DNA of 57,022 nucleotides from a virus: UHGV virus genome UHGV-1526745; one strand, 5' to 3'. Shown piece by piece: positions 54,759 to 57,022 of this stretch (position 1 is its first letter; each line of letters starts with the position of its first letter). The notes under the pieces were generated by a model. It saw only the letters and a program-made list of their open reading frames with translations, ran no database searches and was not told where the DNA came from. The position numbers and the translations under genes were made by a program.

Positions 54759-55415
54759 ATGAGTGAATCTAAAGCAATTGGCGTGATTAGCCATCGCACT
54801 AACCCTGAATGCTACCCATCGTTTGAAGTATCGACATGCAGGGAAGAATATAATTTTGGATCATGTTATTTGGTTGGTGTTCGCGCTGATCGCGACACTT
54901 ATTCTGTTATGGCGGCAAGCTGGAAGTTTGATAAATATGCCAATTTATCTAATAAAGATGATGATGGCATGAATAAAGAAAGTGAAATCATTGACGAATT
55001 AATCGAAGATGAGCGGCATGATTGCGATACGCCAGAAGTTACGGAATGGATGGCAGGAGAAAAGCCTCCATGCGGAGTATGGCTTGAGCTTCTAGATCCT
55101 GTCGATGGTCGGAAATATGTTATTCTGAAATACAAGTATATAAGTGATCGCCTTGCTCTTTTTGTAGAAATGGATGCGCCTGATTTTGAACAAGCCGGGG
55201 AATGGAAGCATTTCGCTCATAAGTTGTATGTAGATCCGAAAGAAAAAACACTGGCTGAAATTGCGTTTGCACTTGCTACTAAGGTTATCGGCGAAGATGC
55301 TGCAAAAGAAATTGATTTTAACCGCGACAACGAATTTTCGTGCGATTATCGCAATATGGCGCAAGCTATTATAGACGGATGTATAGGACACGTTGAATAT
55401 ACGGGTGGTGAATAA
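54759..55415 (+). CDS. hypothetical protein (218 aa)
   Basis: Track ORF; acidic. Confidence 0.4.
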   Translation: MSESKAIGVISHRTNPECYPSFEVSTCREEYNFGSCYLVGVRADRDTYSVMAASWKFDKYANLSNKDDDGMNKESEIIDELIEDERHDCDTPEVTEWMAGEKPPCGVWLELLDPVDGRKYVILKYKYISDRLALFVEMDAPDFEQAGEWKHFAHKLYVDPKEKTLAEIAFALATKVIGEDAAKEIDFNRDNEFSCDYRNMAQAIIDGCIGHVEYTGGE

Positions 55416-55633
55416 TGGATAAGATCGGGACAATACTTATTAATCGTGAGCAAGTGCAAAAAATGTTAGGCGGGCTTAGTAAGTCCGCCTTTTTTAAGCT
55501 CGTTAAAAAATGGAAAGATTCTGGAACTCCTTTTCCTGAACCTGTTAAGGGGATGCCAGCATTAAAGCGCGGCGGATCTCTTTACCGTTATCAGGACGTT
55601 ATTTCATTTTGTAAATCAATGGGCTTCATGTAG
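55415..55633 (+). CDS. putative excisionase-like DNA-binding protein
   Basis: 72-aa ORF next to int, converging and overlapping its 3' end. Confidence 0.4.
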   Translation: MDKIGTILINREQVQKMLGGLSKSAFFKLVKKWKDSGTPFPEPVKGMPALKRGGSLYRYQDVISFCKSMGFM

Positions 55634-56790
55634 TAATCAGCCAGTTTATTCATCGCCTCGATTTGTTCCCTCACATAGTCATACTGATCATATATAGCCA
55701 TCATTCCCGCCAGTTTATGACCTAAAACCTTTTCGGCTACGTGTGGCGCAATGCCAAGCGCTGAAAGGTTTGTCCTTACAGTGCGGCGCAGATCGTGACA
55801 TGACCACGACTCGCCGCCCATCCTTAGCATTAAATCCCTTGCAGCTGTTTTCGGCACGCTCCTGTCTACCGCTTCATTCCTTCCAGAAAGCACGGGAACG
55901 AAGATAAAATTAAAGCCGTGCAAATCCATAGCCTCACGCAATAAATCAACGCTAACTGCGGATAAACCGCGTTTAAACTCGTTTCTGTTCTTACTCAATG
56001 CGCCAGGAACGGTCCACACACAATTATCAAGATCAAAATGCTCGCGTTTTGCGTTTGTTAGTTCGCTTGTTCTGCATCCGGTGAATATAATCAGCTTCAT
56101 CAATATCTGATTTAGCCGCGCCATTTTTGAACTGTCTATAATGCTGATTAGATGGTGAATTTCTTGTATTGATAAAACTCGCTTCCTTTGCGCCGGGTTT
56201 TTCCCTACATCCTTCACGCGTAGCAACGATATGTCGTCACGCTCCACGCGGCGGCGGCGCATGGCATATTTTATAACCGCCTTCATCCTGTTTAAGACTA
56301 TTCCGGCCTGAACGGGTGCGCCACCATTAGCAACCTTTCTAAAAATCCCCTCCCACATTATGGCGTCCATATCATCGACGATATAGCTACCGCATGGTCT
56401 GACAATATGCTTACTTAGCATCGCCTCGACTTGCTTATAGTTGACCATGTTTCTTGCCTGCGGTGATTCCATGTACTCCCTAACAATATCTTCAATCGTT
56501 GCCCGTGTAGTAACGCGGGACAAGTGCATTCTTTTTACGATCGATGGATCTCGCCCTGAGTTTAATACCTCCTTATGCTCCGCCACCGCCGCGCGGGCTT
56601 CTTTGAGTGTTATTTCTCCGTAAGTGCCAATCTTCATCCGTCGCGGCTTGCCGTTGAATCGGTAGCGATACTGAAAAGATATAACGCCGCGCGGGCTTAT
56701 CCTGGCAGACAATCCGCCCGCGTCCGGGACTTCTTCCGGGCCGTCATATGGCTTGCCGTGGATGTTTCGTAATTTGGTATCTGTAAGCAT
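55591..56790 (-). CDS. int: tyrosine integrase (P4-type)
   Basis: Start MLTDTKLRNIHGKPYDG... (arm-binding type N-terminus); catalytic-region motifs TGCRTSEL, HDLRRT, LGH, Y. Confidence 0.9.
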   Translation of the reverse strand: MLTDTKLRNIHGKPYDGPEEVPDAGGLSARISPRGVISFQYRYRFNGKPRRMKIGTYGEITLKEARAAVAEHKEVLNSGRDPSIVKRMHLSRVTTRATIEDIVREYMESPQARNMVNYKQVEAMLSKHIVRPCGSYIVDDMDAIMWEGIFRKVANGGAPVQAGIVLNRMKAVIKYAMRRRRVERDDISLLRVKDVGKNPAQRKRVLSIQEIHHLISIIDSSKMARLNQILMKLIIFTGCRTSELTNAKREHFDLDNCVWTVPGALSKNRNEFKRGLSAVSVDLLREAMDLHGFNFIFVPVLSGRNEAVDRSVPKTAARDLMLRMGGESWSCHDLRRTVRTNLSALGIAPHVAEKVLGHKLAGMMAIYDQYDYVREQIEAMNKLADYYMKPIDLQNEITS

Positions 56791-56813
56791 AATTTGGTCA
56801 CTATTTGGTACAC
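56771..56813. promoter_or_regulatory. direct repeats AATTTGGT(A/C), putative integrase arm-type sites / int promoter region
   Basis: Three copies overlapping int start; same motif at 3958..3980. Confidence 0.4.
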
Positions 56814-56818
56814 ACATT

Positions 56819-57022
56819 TTATGCATGGATAGTATCATGATAGAAAACGATATGACACGATAGAATAAATATTTCTTTTAGAATCAATATGAAGCGGTGA
56901 CGATGTGACACGATATGAAATGATAGAAATGGCGTTATCCGCTTATCGGTTAAGCCGGTAAGTTGAGTGATAAACGCCATGTCGACCATCTGGTCATCCA
57001 TCAGCGAAACAGGGGTAGCCAT
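56819..57022 (-). pseudogene. alpA: alpA 5' fragment fused in frame to prophage sequence
   Basis: First 27 codons MATPVSLMDDQMVDMAFITQLTGLTDK are AlpA-like; after the core the frame runs into unrelated sequence to a stop at 56819. Confidence 0.6.
56939..56947. repeat. attachment-site core copy CCGCTTATC (right junction)
   Basis: Matches 3876..3884 with one mismatch; at the break in alpA coding sequence. Confidence 0.5.

Larger units (their letters stand above)
3876..56947. mobile_element. integrated lambdoid-type siphovirus prophage (~53 kb) inserted in alpA
   Basis: Bounded by split alpA halves and CCNCTTATC core copies; contains integrase, repressor, replication, lysis, packaging, head and tail modules. 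Confidence 0.8.

Overview
The window is a ~53 kb lambdoid-type siphovirus prophage (about 3876..56947) inserted inside an alpA-like gene of a resident island. The two halves of alpA lie at the two prophage ends (C-terminal half 3753..3884, N-terminal half 56942..57022, both minus strand), each next to a CCNCTTATC core copy. The left flank carries island-type genes (DUF3987/YfjI-like, inovirus-Gp2/YfjJ-like). Prophage layout, right to left: P4-type tyrosine integrase; a plus-strand early arm (HTH regulator, DUF4373 replication protein, an AT-rich nuclease-like insert, an HTH-metallophosphoesterase fusion, DnaB helicase, NinB); a CI-like repressor; then one long minus-strand arm (N-like protein, Erf, SSB, many small ORFs, Dam and C5-like methyltransferases, NinG, RusA, lambda-Q-family antiterminator, a ~4 kb block of small accessory genes, holin/SAR-endolysin/Rz-Rz1, an HExxH protein, terminase, portal, head and lambda-like tail genes H-M-L-K-I-J, tail fibre). 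Three plus-strand moron clusters with their own terminators interrupt the tail operon. The most unusual feature is a tandem array of nine translationally coupled 22-35 codon hydrophobic peptide genes (29440..30268) between the lysis cassette and terminase; I cannot assign it to a described system. No tRNA, rRNA or CRISPR array was seen. All family assignments are from reading the translations and recalled family signatures, not from searches. Coordinates derived by hand (internal starts, motifs, tiny ORFs) are approximate to within 1-2 bp.
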